The notes below the pieces were generated by a model. The model searched no databases, was not told the origin of the DNA, and saw nothing but the letters and a program-made list of their open reading frames with translations. From Vitrella brassicaformis CCMP3155 (lineage: Eukaryota; Protista; Chromerida), in the NCBI GenBank assembly GCA_001179505.1, contig CDMY01000153.1, positions 1 through 64,000 of the forward strand: DNA of 64,000 bases, in the 5' to 3' direction. Positions 33,798 through 45,619 of this stretch are shown here, in pieces. The translations under genes and the position numbers were made by a program. Position 1 is the first letter of the stretch. Every line of letters begins with the position of its first letter.

Positions 33798-36700
33798 TCA
33801 GTCGAAAAAGTACAAACTATCGCGAACAGCGGTAATGTCAAGATCTCCTCTCGGCGGAAGAGGCTGCAAATGCTGTGCAAGGCTTCCCAAACGCGCTCTA
33901 ATATCTTCCTCAAAAGAGCCCTGTGTAGGACAGAGAACGGAGTAGAGACGCGATCTTATATCTTCCTCAAAAAGATGCCTCACCAGGATATTAGTCGAGT
34001 AAAGATTAATCCATTGGTCTCTTATGTGCCGGTTCATGGTGTCAACGCTGGCCGCATGTGTCCAGAAGGAGTCGTGCACTGCAGCGAAGTCAATGCCTGA
34101 AACCAAAAGAAGCCGAAACCCTTGACCTGATCCCTTCCTTTCTTAAGTCGTCGAAGATTCACCCTCTGTCTGACAGGCTTCGGCTGTCATCATCATGTGA
34201 GAAGCGTCCAGGGAATGGATAAAATTTGGAGGGAAACCACTTTTCTGCCTATATTTGTCAGTCTTCATCTCATCTGAGGGCTCCTTCAACAACACCGTTT
34301 TTTGCAGCGGCGTCCGTACTGTAACATTCGCGAGGTCTCGGTAAGGCTGATGACACGGCCTGCAAACGAAAAGAAAAAAATGAAAAGGACACGAAAAGTC
34401 GTCCGCTTACAAGCCGACTCCGCTGATCCAGGCTACCGGGACCCCTACTTTGTTGCAAATCCTTGACACGTCATCAAACCTATCACGACATCCCAACACA
34501 GTCAGTGTAGCATTTAAGCCTGCGTTCTCACCATTTCTTGATTCTCATCGCTTTGCGGAAAACCTCGTCGATTGACCTCAGGACCTGTGTGGCCAGGTAC
34601 TGCGCAATCTCAGCTAATATTTTCTCCTCTACAGTTTCCCCAAGAAGGTCTTCCAGCTGTGCAAGAACCTGAAACGTATACAGCATGTCCTGAAACTCGT
34701 CGGCAGTGGTTCAGAATAATAGTGACCTTACCTGGTCTTTCGCACCGAGTACAGTGACTCCGTAAACCACCGTCATCACCGTCTGCTTTACCACCTTAAA
34801 TGACCCCATTCGAGCGAGGACCAGACGATGGGTATGGTTACCTGCGTTGGTTCAGGTCTTATCACCTTTCGCTGCAGCACTTGGTGTTCGAGACAAAATC
34901 TGGCAATTTCTGATCTTCTTTCTGAACGTGAAGGGGCGTTAGCGTGCTCTTCGACCTACAACAATCGTGCACGAGGAGCATTGTCGTATTGTCCCATTCC
35001 TCACTTTTTCTTTGACGATATCGAGTACACGGGAATAGACGTCTTGGGGCCTCTCGCTCGGTGTGATGTTCACCGCTACAGCTCCATCGATATCACGGCC
35101 CAGTGCTGCATGTGATTGGATCATGTGTTCCTTGTGGGACGCTAGTTGTTGCTTACATGCGTAGTGTTGTAGTCCATTGCACGAGCCGTCTTGGTGTACA
35201 GGAATCGCGCTTCTATAGGTAGACGGCTCTCCCGATTCGATCGCCTCAATATACTCCAAAGATGCAGCGAGGGCCTGCCAAGGATCCTCCGCCTCCACCC
35301 ATGAGAAATTTCGCCGAATAAAGGCTGTCTCTCCATCTTCTTGGCTTAGCACTCTGTATTCTTCCCGCCACTTCGGCGTTTGCTGCTCCACCCATTCAAC
35401 TCGTTCAGCAAACGTCAATTTGTCGTTCCCCCACAAATTGGCAAGATGCACCTTCAGCCAGAAGAGACCTCTGTCACCCAAAGGCCTCGCCAGGTGGAAA
35501 CGCAGAAGGCCTCTTGCCACGTCGTCTCCTTGGTGGTTCAAGTGAGGCGGTATCGGATACACCCGGCCTCTAAAGTCGACGTTATGGGGAAAGTAAATAG
35601 CATCCGCGTGGCGAAAAGCATTGGCCGAGGACAACTTGAGAAGAAACGCAGGACGAAGCGAAAGCATTTTGACGCGCTCTCGTGCTTGCTAGGCGACGAT
35701 CGAAATGATGCATGCCAATCACGCCAAACGTAAAAAGAAGTCCGTTTTCTTACGTGTGAAAGGGTCAGACGCTCTAACCGCGACATCTCGTCCGCTTCGA
35801 CGACAAGCGCCTGTCCGTGATCGTTTTTGGAGTCGTGATCGGGCAACCTGATTGGCGACATCTCCTCCGCTTCGACGACAAGCCCCTGTCCTTGATCGTT
35901 GCCGGACTCGTGATTTAGTAATCTAATCGATTGGTAAAGCGAACAACCCATACGCCACTATGCCATTTGCCAGTTTCGATTTTCACCTCGGAGGCACGTT
36001 GCCGATCTTAACATTCTCGTCCCACGCAAGTTTCATCAAGTTCAGGATCTTCCCATTAATGTGCCACGGCACTTCCCCGAGCTTGGACACAATAGCGAAG
36101 ACACGTTCAAGCTTACAAGCCTTGAAGACATTCTTCAACGAGCGGGACGATCCCGTGACCCGGACAAACGAAGACCTGACACAGTGACTCAGGTTAAGTG
36201 TATGGTCGAACTGGCAGGGAAATCCGCACCTTATTGTGAGGTATCCACCTTCTGCATAACCTGTCCACGGAATAGGAGCGCAAACCATTGGCTGGAGTTT
36301 TGGCTTCATGTACACACAAAAACACCAATCCATACACACAAAAGTGGAGACTCTTGACTCGAGGTTGTTCCATTCCTTTCCTCTTTGCCGACGTGTGCGT
36401 ACATCAAGGAGCGCGACGTCGCTAGTAGTCATGGGAACGTCAAGCATCTCCGCAACGAATGGACGCATCTGCACAAGGCCGTACTTCTTCCCCTTGGCCC
36501 AGCGATAAGCATGGCGAAACGCCGGGACCTCAACCTTGAAAAAGTCTCGTCGACTGCGGAACAGCTCGTAGTAGTCTTCTTCGTTCCCAACAATGCAATC
36601 ACTGGATGGTAGGTCACCAGAAGCCCTTTCTTCCCTCCGCTCTCCTGCTAAAACCTTATCCAACAAATGGAGTAGAGGTTTGCCGCTTTGGTAAAGCGTT

Positions 36701-38067
36701 GTCAGCTTCTACCTTTTTTGCTTTATCGAAATCAACTGCTACAGTCGCATGCTGCAGCAACAAGTTGACTAGCAGGCCACCGACGGAGAGACGCTCAGCT
36801 TTGGGCCAAGTCGGGTTCTCCATACGGCTGCTCATGACCTGACAGGCTTTTCTTGTCGAGGTTTGCGCCGCTGCTTTCCATCGATAGTAGTCCGCATAGC
36901 TGCTAGATCCGAAAGTCCCCTCGATTTCTGTCAAGACATTCGGAAGAAGAAGATCTGCAAACCATTCTGTTTGGCTATGCATCGATACCCTTCGCGTTCC
37001 ATTCTTGGTTTACTACGTCCCCGACCGCCAGTCCGACCTTTTTAAAATAACAACATCGTCAGATCCAAATAAAAAATCATCAGATCCATCGCTGTGAATG
37101 CTTCCCGTCTTCAAAGCTAATATATTAAGCCCTCACTTGAGCAACGGTCGCTTCACGAAAAAGGGAAGGCTTGGGCATTGCAGACTTATTCCCCACAGGA
37201 GCATACAGAGTCTCCATCACCGTCTTGCACGTAATGACACTCAGTAACAACGATCCTAAAGTCTCCTTGGCCTCGATGAACTTCGCCGTAGTGTGTTTGT
37301 TTCCTCGGGCGACTCCAGTTGACGCTTCTCTATCGATGGCGATTTCCAAATCCTTAACCCACTGTCCCCATATTCGCTTTGTTTTGCTGGTGATTGCAAA
37401 ACGATCCACAGCCAATGATTCCCGGAACGTTTCGATTGCTGCCTCCCTGACATAGACAGAAGACTGTACACATGCGCATGCCGCATGCCACATGCCACAC
37501 GTCTTGCCGAATCAAGACTTACCATATGTTCCGCTCAATCATGCTCTGACGCTTCAATGATATCTCGCGTCTGTCCGTGCTAGTTCTCTTTCTCGAAATC
37601 CCCGAAGGAGACGGAATGGGAAAGGAGTTCTCTCCATATAAGGACTCTTTCCAAGCACCAACCACTTCTGCTGGAAAGAGGTCGTCCATTTCTCGAGGGA
37701 CGTATATCGAGGATTGAAGCTGCTCGATGTGGCGAAAGAATACCTCTTGTGGCAGGTCTGACAAGACTATCCCTTTTCCCATGAGATAGATCTCGGCTCT
37801 GCTGATGACCTCTGTCACCTGAGAAGGGGCTTGCGCCTCCAGGTCTGCCGCACGGCACTCGCCCAGAAGCTGAAACAGCACTCTCCTCTGCTGATCTGAC
37901 ATGTGCAGCAATGCGTCGAGTGCTCTGGAGGGCTCAGCAGACGTTGTGAACGCCTTGCTGTGGGCCACCCGCTGCCACCGCAAACAGATCCACGCTCGAG
38001 GATTTGATGCTCCACCCTTGTTGAAGGCCACCAAGCCCCTAGCCGCAGTGTGAACTCGCTGAATCAT
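33798..38067 (-). CDS. RPOT: T3/T7 phage-type single-subunit DNA-directed RNA polymerase, organellar (probably mitochondrial)
   Basis: LQPMVCAPIPW, IYFPHNVDFRGRVYPIPPHLNHQGDDVARGLLRF, PVHQDGSCNGLQHY|AALGRD (motif A), KVVKQTVMTVVYGVT (motif B), HDSFWTH (motif C), PPRGDLDI...YFF. Arg/Ala-rich, acid-poor N-terminus (MIQRVHTAARGL...). Multiple spliceosomal introns. Confidence 0.96.
33891..33972 (-). repeat. 25-bp near-duplicate (33891-33915 vs 33948-33972) shared by the last RPOT exon and the preceding intron
   Basis: ACGCGCTCTAATATCTTCCTCAAAA vs ACGCGATCTTATATCTTCCTCAAAA, 23/25 identical, offset 57 bp. Confidence 0.9.
35780..35915 (-). repeat. Two-copy 75-bp tandem repeat inside the RNA polymerase gene
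   Basis: Units start at 35780 and 35855 (GCGACATCTC...); the minus strand reads IRLLNHESGNDQGQGLVVEAEEMSP / IRLPDHDSKNDHGQALVVEADEMSR. Confidence 0.9.
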
Positions 38068-38387
38068 GATTGAATCCCCCAAATGAGATCCACGGTCACG
38101 TGAAGTGGTTAGAACAATGAGTTCAGTCTTTGCCTTCGCCGATCGAAAACAAAAGCTCGCCGAAAACAAAAGTTTGTCGAAAACAAGCTGGCGTCAGTGG
38201 AGTCCTCTCCACAGCGAAACAACTACTTGGGCAACACCTTCTTGCAATTGGTGGACCCGGCCGCTCGCCTTTGCATTTCGAGAACGTTACGAAGTGAGCC
38301 TCGCGTTGTGCACAGCCAGCATTCAAAGGAGGGAAAGGAACGCAATCATTCGTGTTGCGTGCTTTCTGTCATCATGCAGGCGTTGCA
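38068..38387. promoter_or_regulatory. Probable bidirectional promoter between RPOT (-) and PABPN1 (+)
   Basis: The two start codons are head-to-head about 320 bp apart, so both 5'UTRs and promoters must fit here. No specific motif identified. Confidence 0.5.
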
Positions 38388-39119
38388 ATGACAGACGCTG
38401 TCCAAGGTGATGATTTGGACCACATGGTAGGCGAACGAGAGGGAGTATGGGTGTGGAGGACAATCATCAACACAGGGGGCACTGTTTTGCGACTCGCTCG
38501 GTTGTTCCTTGTGCACCAGCAAGCGGAGCTCTCCCAAATGGCTGAAGGTTTGAAGGCCAAGGAGCCCGCAGCCGCACCCCATGAGGAGACCCACGGAGCA
38601 GCAACAGAGACCACACCTGCAGAAGGAGAAGACACGAATGAAGTCGACATGAGAAGGTGAGTACGACAGTGGAAGCCACTTCGCCCCTGGCACTGCTTGC
38701 TGTCCTCAACTGGTTGCTCTGGAATCAACAGCATTTATGTTGGCAACGTCGACTATGCTGCGACTCCGGAGGAGTTGCAAGATCACTTCAAAGCGTGCGG
38801 TACTATCAATCGGATTACCATCATGGTCGACAAGTTCACTGGCCACCCCAAGGGCTTCGCCTACGTCGAGTTTGGTGACTCTGAGTGTGTCACGCATGCG
38901 CTGTCACTCAACGAGAGCATACTGCGGGGAAGGCAGCTGAAGGTCACGGCGAAGCGCACCAATGTGCCTGGTTACAACAGAGCGAGAGGCAGGGGGAGGG
39001 GGAGGGGGAGGGGAGGCGGCGCAGCAGCGTACGGGTATGCGCCGAGGGGATTCTATGGGGGGTACGGTCCTCGTTATAGAGGCTTCCGGCCACGAGGTGG
39101 CTACGGCCGTCCGTACTGA
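38388..39119 (+). CDS. PABPN1: Nuclear polyadenylate-binding protein (PABPN1/PABP2), single RRM plus RGG tail
   Basis: EVDMR|[48 protein letters not shown]...[16 protein letters not shown], followed by an RG/GY-rich tail; two introns. Confidence 0.93.
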
Positions 39120-39345
39120 GCTCGGGTTGGCGCGGCAAGTGTCGACGCTGTCGTTGCATGTGTGCTGTGTTGTGCGTGAAACGAAAACTGATTGAATGGA
39201 AATGATGATCGTTGTCGAAATCATAGTTGTTTTGGCTGTGCTCGAAAAAGAAAGGAAAGAAGTTTTAGGGCATCGATCGCAAAACATATTTGTGACAAGT
39301 CAACGAAAGACGGCGAACCACACAACACCTCCGCGGCAGGTCCAG

Positions 39346-41161
39346 ATGGACTTCGATAGCTTATGCCGCTTCCGGACGTCTATCTGCGAGACCCAGCTCA
39401 AGTGAGTGACGCAGGAGAAACAGCAAACCGCGCATCTTTGCACATCTGCCTTGCTCCTCCTTGTCCCGTAGGCACGGCGACTGTAAGCAATCTTCCCCTG
39501 CTCACGACACCGCGCTTGATAGGGGCAGGATGGGATTGTTGTGCTGCGTGTGACGACTGTCAGGCCTGATGAAGGACCGGTGCGTGTACTCCCACTGCTT
39601 GAGCTGGAAGCGGCGGAATCCGAAGGAGTACCCTTACAGATCTCAGCTATGCCCCAACGTGCTGTTTCAGACTGAGAAGGGCAAGATGCGGGTCAAGAAC
39701 TTCTGTCGACGTGGGAGAATGTGTATGTACTCTCACTCAAAGGAAGAACAGGTGAGGAGGTGCAAAGAGACGACTCACACTGTAGCGGCGTCCTGGATGC
39801 GTGTTGTGTTGCTATGATACATGCGTCGTCAGATGTTCCATCCGCTGACATACAAGACGAAGCTCTGCAGAGACTTCATGTCGTCGGGGGCATGTCCAAG
39901 GTGAGCAAACGACGTGCTCCGGGGCGGTACAAACACCTGCACTTACGTTGAGTCACAGATATTTCTGCCCGTTTGCTCATGGCGACCAAGAACTGCGCGT
40001 CAACGTAGACTTCAAGTAAACCGACACACCCTTCGAACACACAGATGCAACGTTGGTCTACGTCGCTGATGTGTTCTTATTTGCAGAGTGCTTCAGGGTC
40101 CCGAGTGAGTGACACAGTCCTCCAGAAAACATCCAACTGTCATCTTGGTATCTCGCTCTTGTGTCACGTTGTACAGAGTGTTGGATTTGCCACCTATGGA
40201 GGTCCAGAACACGGCTGACTCATCCAACATGGCGTCACGAGGGATCCCTCAGACGGCGTCACCATTCCATCGCAGTCAGAGCCTCAACACTATCTCAGCG
40301 TGCGATGGAGCTGCTACGAGACCGAGGGCGGTGAGTGACCTTGGCAATTCGTCGTTCACCGCAGTCCCGTCCCCATCCCTGGCGGCGTCTGCACGCCCTA
40401 CTCCGCTAGCAGCACCTTCTTTGCCGGCTGACCTCGCCTTGCAGCGTGCCGCTTCTGATTGCAAGTGCGACTATTCAGCCCCTGCAATGCAGAATCTGTC
40501 AGCACAGTCCGCGCCGCTGAGTGTGGGATTCCCACCATCACTTGGCTTCGGGTACGGGAATACATTAACTGCACGCACAAATGGAATGGATTGGACGCAC
40601 GCTCCGTCGGTCAGATGGGGTGTGGGCGCTGGTTGGTCTCCCGTCGTGAAGCCACTTCCTCAGCCGAAAGAGCGGCGTGACATCCAAGTTGACAACACAG
40701 ATCCTGGACGCAGCCCTCGTTCTTCGTCGCCGTCGTCTCCCTATCCCGCCACGCAGCTAGGCTCAGACCTAGACCGTGGAGAACGACACGGCTCGGACTC
40801 GTCAACGGTGTTCTCTGATTGGAAACCGCCGGGGTGGGCGCCTGGCGCTCAGGACGTCAAGGTCAGCCACAGGAAGAAGCTGTACGAGCGGGCAATTCGG
40901 GATGACGGGGGCATGAGGATGCTGCTCACCAAGCAACCCGAACCGAATCACCTGAAGACGTCGTCATCGCTCCCATCTCTTGGTATGCTCGCATCCTTTC
41001 CCACAGTGAATGGGATGCGTTGCAGTGACCTGCTTGCTGTCGATCTGTCTTGTGTTGTAGCCGCTCGCGAGCTTCTAGACGCATCGGAGGGCGACAAGGG
41101 AGAGGCGATTTCCCATCGGTCCATTCCACTTTTCTTCACGCCATTCGACCGGGAGTCATAG
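39346..41161 (+). CDS. Tandem CCCH zinc-finger RNA-binding protein (Unkempt/TZF-like)
   Basis: Spliced: FRTSICETQLKHGDCLMKDRCVYSH, WKRRNP..YPYRSQLCP...FCRRGRMCMYSHSKEEQMFHPLTYKTKLCRDFMSSGACPRYFCPFAHGDQELR; then a long S/P-rich disordered tail. C-terminal end approximate. Confidence 0.85.
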
Positions 41162-41502
41162 CGGGTGTCTGACATGAGTATCGGTACGGCGCGGCAAGTG
41201 CCGAAACATTTTTCTGTTCGTGACGGTGTTCCGTGACTCTTTCTGTGGAAGTTGATTGATGGACAGCATAACATGGGGAAAAGTCGCTGGTGTTAGGGCC
41301 AAACAGCACTCTTGCAGGATTGAGATTGAATTCATACTTGAGTCATTCCCACGAGTGCCTCATGGCCGATGATGACGGCGCCAGGGGTATGGCGAGAGAA
41401 TAGGAAAAAATAGACACACCCAGGGATGCGAGCTTGCGAGCTTTCGGGAAGAAAACGGCCCGTCTTGACTGGAGTCGTTAACACAAGACTCAACTCAAAA
41501 GG

Positions 41503-44500
41503 ATGGAGAAAAGGGACAGACCGGTCGGTGCAGAGCACGGAAACGATGCCAAGAGGATGCGGATGAATGGACCTGGCGGGCCTGGGTCATTCCCAGCGCC
41601 ATCCGGTCCCAAGGTACGAAGCTGCCTGCGCTGCATCGCATCGCAGCGGCCTTTGATTTGCCGCGTTGGCTTGCGTGGTGCATCCACAGGTCACGTTTCT
41701 CACGAAGAAGCAGCGTGAGCGGCTCGCCCTCCAACAGAAGCAAGAAGCTGAGGAAGCAGAAAGGCTGAAAGCTGAAAAGCAGGAGGTCCTTCGTCGTGAG
41801 TTTTTGTTGTCTGAGGAGCTGCAGCGCGAGAAGGAGAGGCAACTGCGCATGAAAGAAAGGGAGCGCGCACGTGAAAAGAAGGAGGAGAGGAGGACCAAAG
41901 AGGAGAATGCGCATCGAGAGCAGAAGGAGTAAGCATGAAAGCTATCCCTTGACGAATCGTCATCTTCGTGATTGATGGCATGGAACAGGAAACGGCCGAG
42001 CGACATCCAACCTGGAAGCGGAGATCGACAGGTGTCTTCATGTCTGGACGTGCGCGCTTCGGCCAACGTATATACCTGATGCTATGTGTGTAGGATCGAC
42101 AGTCCTCATCCCTCGCGCATTTGGACATGCTGCGGCTCCCAGAGAGCGAGAAGCGCGCCAGACAACAAGAGAAAGAGCTTGCTCAGGTCGGCATTCTTGA
42201 TATTCAGACGGGCTCGACGTGAAAAATGGTGTGTCTTTTGTTTGTTTCTTTGTGCCTCAGATCAAAGAACACGTAGGGTTTAGGCAGGGCAGCACGCGCT
42301 GAGTGCTTTGTGTGTTTTGTGCAGTATTTGGGTATGCGCCGAGAAAAGAAGAAGGTTCAGAAGCCTTCAGGTAAATGAACAATGCACTTGATGCAGCGCT
42401 GGTTCTGCACGTATGTCACGCCTTTCTATGCCTTTTTTTTTACAGAGAAGTTCAGGTATACCGTGAAAGACAAACGACCCCGGACTCAGCATGGTATGTT
42501 TTAATAGGAATATTTTTACTTTTGAGTGGGACACAAGTGAGGACACTAATCGTGACGACTCCAACCCCATCTACCAAGAAAAACGAGAACCTCAATTACT
42601 CTTCGGGCGAGGCTTTAGGGCCGGGATTGATGTCAGGTAGACATGAACGAATGCTGGTTCACTGTGATGTAGTTTCCGTGTTTCTTTCCAACACGTGTTG
42701 TTAAAAGGGAACAGCGCAGGCAAAACAACTTCTACGACGAGCTGGTGAAACGGCGGGCTGAGCAGTCAGGAGAAGACATCTCTGCGTTTGTCAAGGCCAG
42801 AAACCAAGCCGACGAGAAGGGAGCTTCCCTGAAATCCCGCGATATCGAGGTCCAAAAAAAAAGGAAAAGATCAGAAGTTTTCGTTTTCTATCGACCTTCT
42901 GTTTCTTCACAGGAAAACGACCCGGCGAAGAGGCACTGGACCGAGAAGAAGCGGGAAGAAATGAACGACAGGTGATAAGCACAATCGCGATGATGCAAAA
43001 CCCGGTGGATGCGGCTGAATCGATTAATTTTCAGAGATTGGAGAATCTTCAGAGAGGATTTCGGTTCGCTCGAAAATCAATCCCAACCACGCAGTTGTTG
43101 GAGTAACATTGCTTTATCTTGTTCTTTCAGAGATCTACATCAAAGGAGGGCGTGTGCCGGCGCCGATTCGCACGTGGGCAGAATCTCCCCTTCCATGGGA
43201 ACTGCTCGAAGCCGTCAGGAAGGTCGACAACTGACATCACCCAATCGACTGTCGAGTAAAGTTCTGTCTCCCTGTCTCGCAGGTGGGATACGCGAAACCC
43301 ACCGCCATTCAAATGCAAGCGATTCCAATCGCATTGGAAGTGAGTCGCATAACGATATTAGTGACTGACCATTCAACACTACTTTCTGGACTTGTGTCAC
43401 GCAGATGCGAGACTGCATTGGCATTGCTGAAACGGGGTGAGAGGCAGAAGAGAGCGACTTGTTGGCCTTGTTCGCTGATTTGACTCCGCATTTTTCGGGT
43501 TCAGTTCGGGCAAGACTGCAGCGTTCGTTCTTCCCATGCTCACTTATGTCAAACAACTACCTCCGCTGAACGACGAGACCTCACAAGATGGACCATATGC
43601 TCTTGTCTTGGCGCCATCGAGGTACCGAAGCGAAGTGGAAAAAAACAGCCTGAATGATGCAACGAAACGAATTTGTCGCAGAGAGCTGGCACTTCAAATC
43701 GAGGAAGAGACCAAGAAGTTCGCGTCCTTTTGTCAGTGTCGCAGTGTCGCTGTGGTCGGTGGGAGAAATGCAGAATCGCAGGCATTCGAGCTTCGCCGCG
43801 GATGCGAGGTTGTCATCGGAACTCCCGGCCGAGTATGTGTTTTGCGGACACGATGTTCTGTTGCATGCACTGGTTGTTTCGCTTCGTTCAGGTGAAGGAC
43901 TGTCTGGAGAAATCCTACACGGTCTTAAACCAGTGTGCATACTTGGTGCTGGATGAGGTATTCGCTTTAAAGAGACAGATGAAAGGCTCCCAATATATAT
44001 CTTCCACCCCTTCTCTCGTCTTTTTCAGGCTGACCGGTACGGGACGCGACAATCTACGCCCCCCTTCAATTCGTTTTCTTTTTTGCAGGATGATAGATAT
44101 GGGTTTTGAAGAGATTGTTAACTGGATACTGGACCAGATTCCGAGCTCCAACCTGAAGTCGGAAAACGAAGACCAAGCCACGAAAGAGGAACTGGAGGCA
44201 AAGGCAGGACACAGAAAGTATCGCATCACGTAAGTTAATGCGAACACGGATCCCCCTCGACTGCGGCATCTACATGCTCAACGTTGTGGTGTTCAGCCAC
44301 ATGTTCTCTGCAACGATGCCGCCGGCAGTAGAGCGCCTTGCAAGGTATTCATGGAATGACTTTTGCTTATAGACTTCGAGGCTGTTTCGCTTGTACTTTC
44401 AGAAAATATCTTCGTGCACCGGCGTACATTTCCATCGGAGACCCTGGGGCCGGAAAGCGTGCAATTGAGCAACGCCTTGAATTTATGGCGGAGGCCAAGA

Positions 44501-45345
44501 AGAAGCAGGTCGATACGCATTGAACTAGCGTCTTGTTACAAGTCTGCGCGGAGATCCCTGTCTCTTCCACCGTTGCAGCGTTTGCAGGAGATTCTTGAGG
44601 AGGCAACTCCACCGGTCATGGTCTTCGTCAACCAGAAAAAAGTGGCTGACGTACTTGCCAAGTCCCTTGATAAGATGAACTTCAAGTATGGCTCGGATAC
44701 ATCAGCAATTCCCGCACCATTTCCGACTGCCTGCTTTCTCTTGTTCTTGCAGAGCGACGTCGTTGCATGGCGGAAAGGCGCAAGAGATCCGAGAGGCAGC
44801 CTTGGCGGGATTCAAAGATGGGACATACGATGTCTTGGTCGCCACCGACGTCGCTGGTACGGTCACACCTTTGCTCTCCTCTTCACTTGTGGTATTGCCT
44901 ACAACCCTCCTGTCACACAGGTCGCGGCATCGACGTCGAAGGTAGAAAAGGGGCTTTCTTCTGTTATTTCATCCGTCACTGTTGTCCACTTCAGGCGTTC
45001 AGCACGTGATCAACTTCGACATGCCAAAAAACATAGAAGACTACACGCACAGAATAGGTCCATAAAAGACTAAGGACTTCTTGCGTGGACTTCTTTTTGT
45101 ACAACCTCACCTTCCTTCTTTCGATCAGGACGTACTGGACGTGCAGGAAAAAAAGGTGTCTCTACTTCGTTTGTGACTGATGAGGACTCCCATCTGCTAC
45201 AAGACCTGCGTACCTTGGTCCGAAGAAGGCGTCTGGCTTGCCTTCCCGTTAGATTTTTCTATTGTTGATTCTTTTCTTGCAGCTTGTTTCGACGAACAAC
45301 ATCGTTCCTCATGAATTGAACTCCAAGCTGAAATCTCTGAGCTGA
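41503..45345 (+). CDS. PRP28: U5 snRNP DEAD-box RNA helicase PRP28/DDX23
   Basis: [53 protein letters not shown]|[38 protein letters not shown]|[33 protein letters not shown]|RGIDV, HRIGRTGRAG. Confidence 0.96.
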
Positions 45346-45619
45346 CCAGCTTTCGTGATACTATGACTTAGTTTCAGAGACTGCTGCGCATGTATTTGTA
45401 ACACTGTTTTCGTACTGCGTACTCTACGCACACCTCTGGCCACTAACAGTGTCCTTGTCAAAATGCACACGAAAGCTTTCTGAGTCGATCATCCCCTATA
45501 TGAATTCTCCGACCGGGGTTTTTTCCGCCTGGAATTCCGATGCGTGTAGGCAGCGTATGCGAGAGCTGTTTTGGTTAAGCAAAACTAGACAGTATGCTCT
45601 CGCTTCTGATGCCATCCAC

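Noticed and set aside
33798-38067. T7-like RNA polymerase as evidence of a prophage, virus or linear plasmid insertion
   Set aside because: It has many spliceosomal introns and a mitochondrial-type presequence, and is flanked by ordinary nuclear genes. This is the standard nucleus-encoded organellar polymerase.
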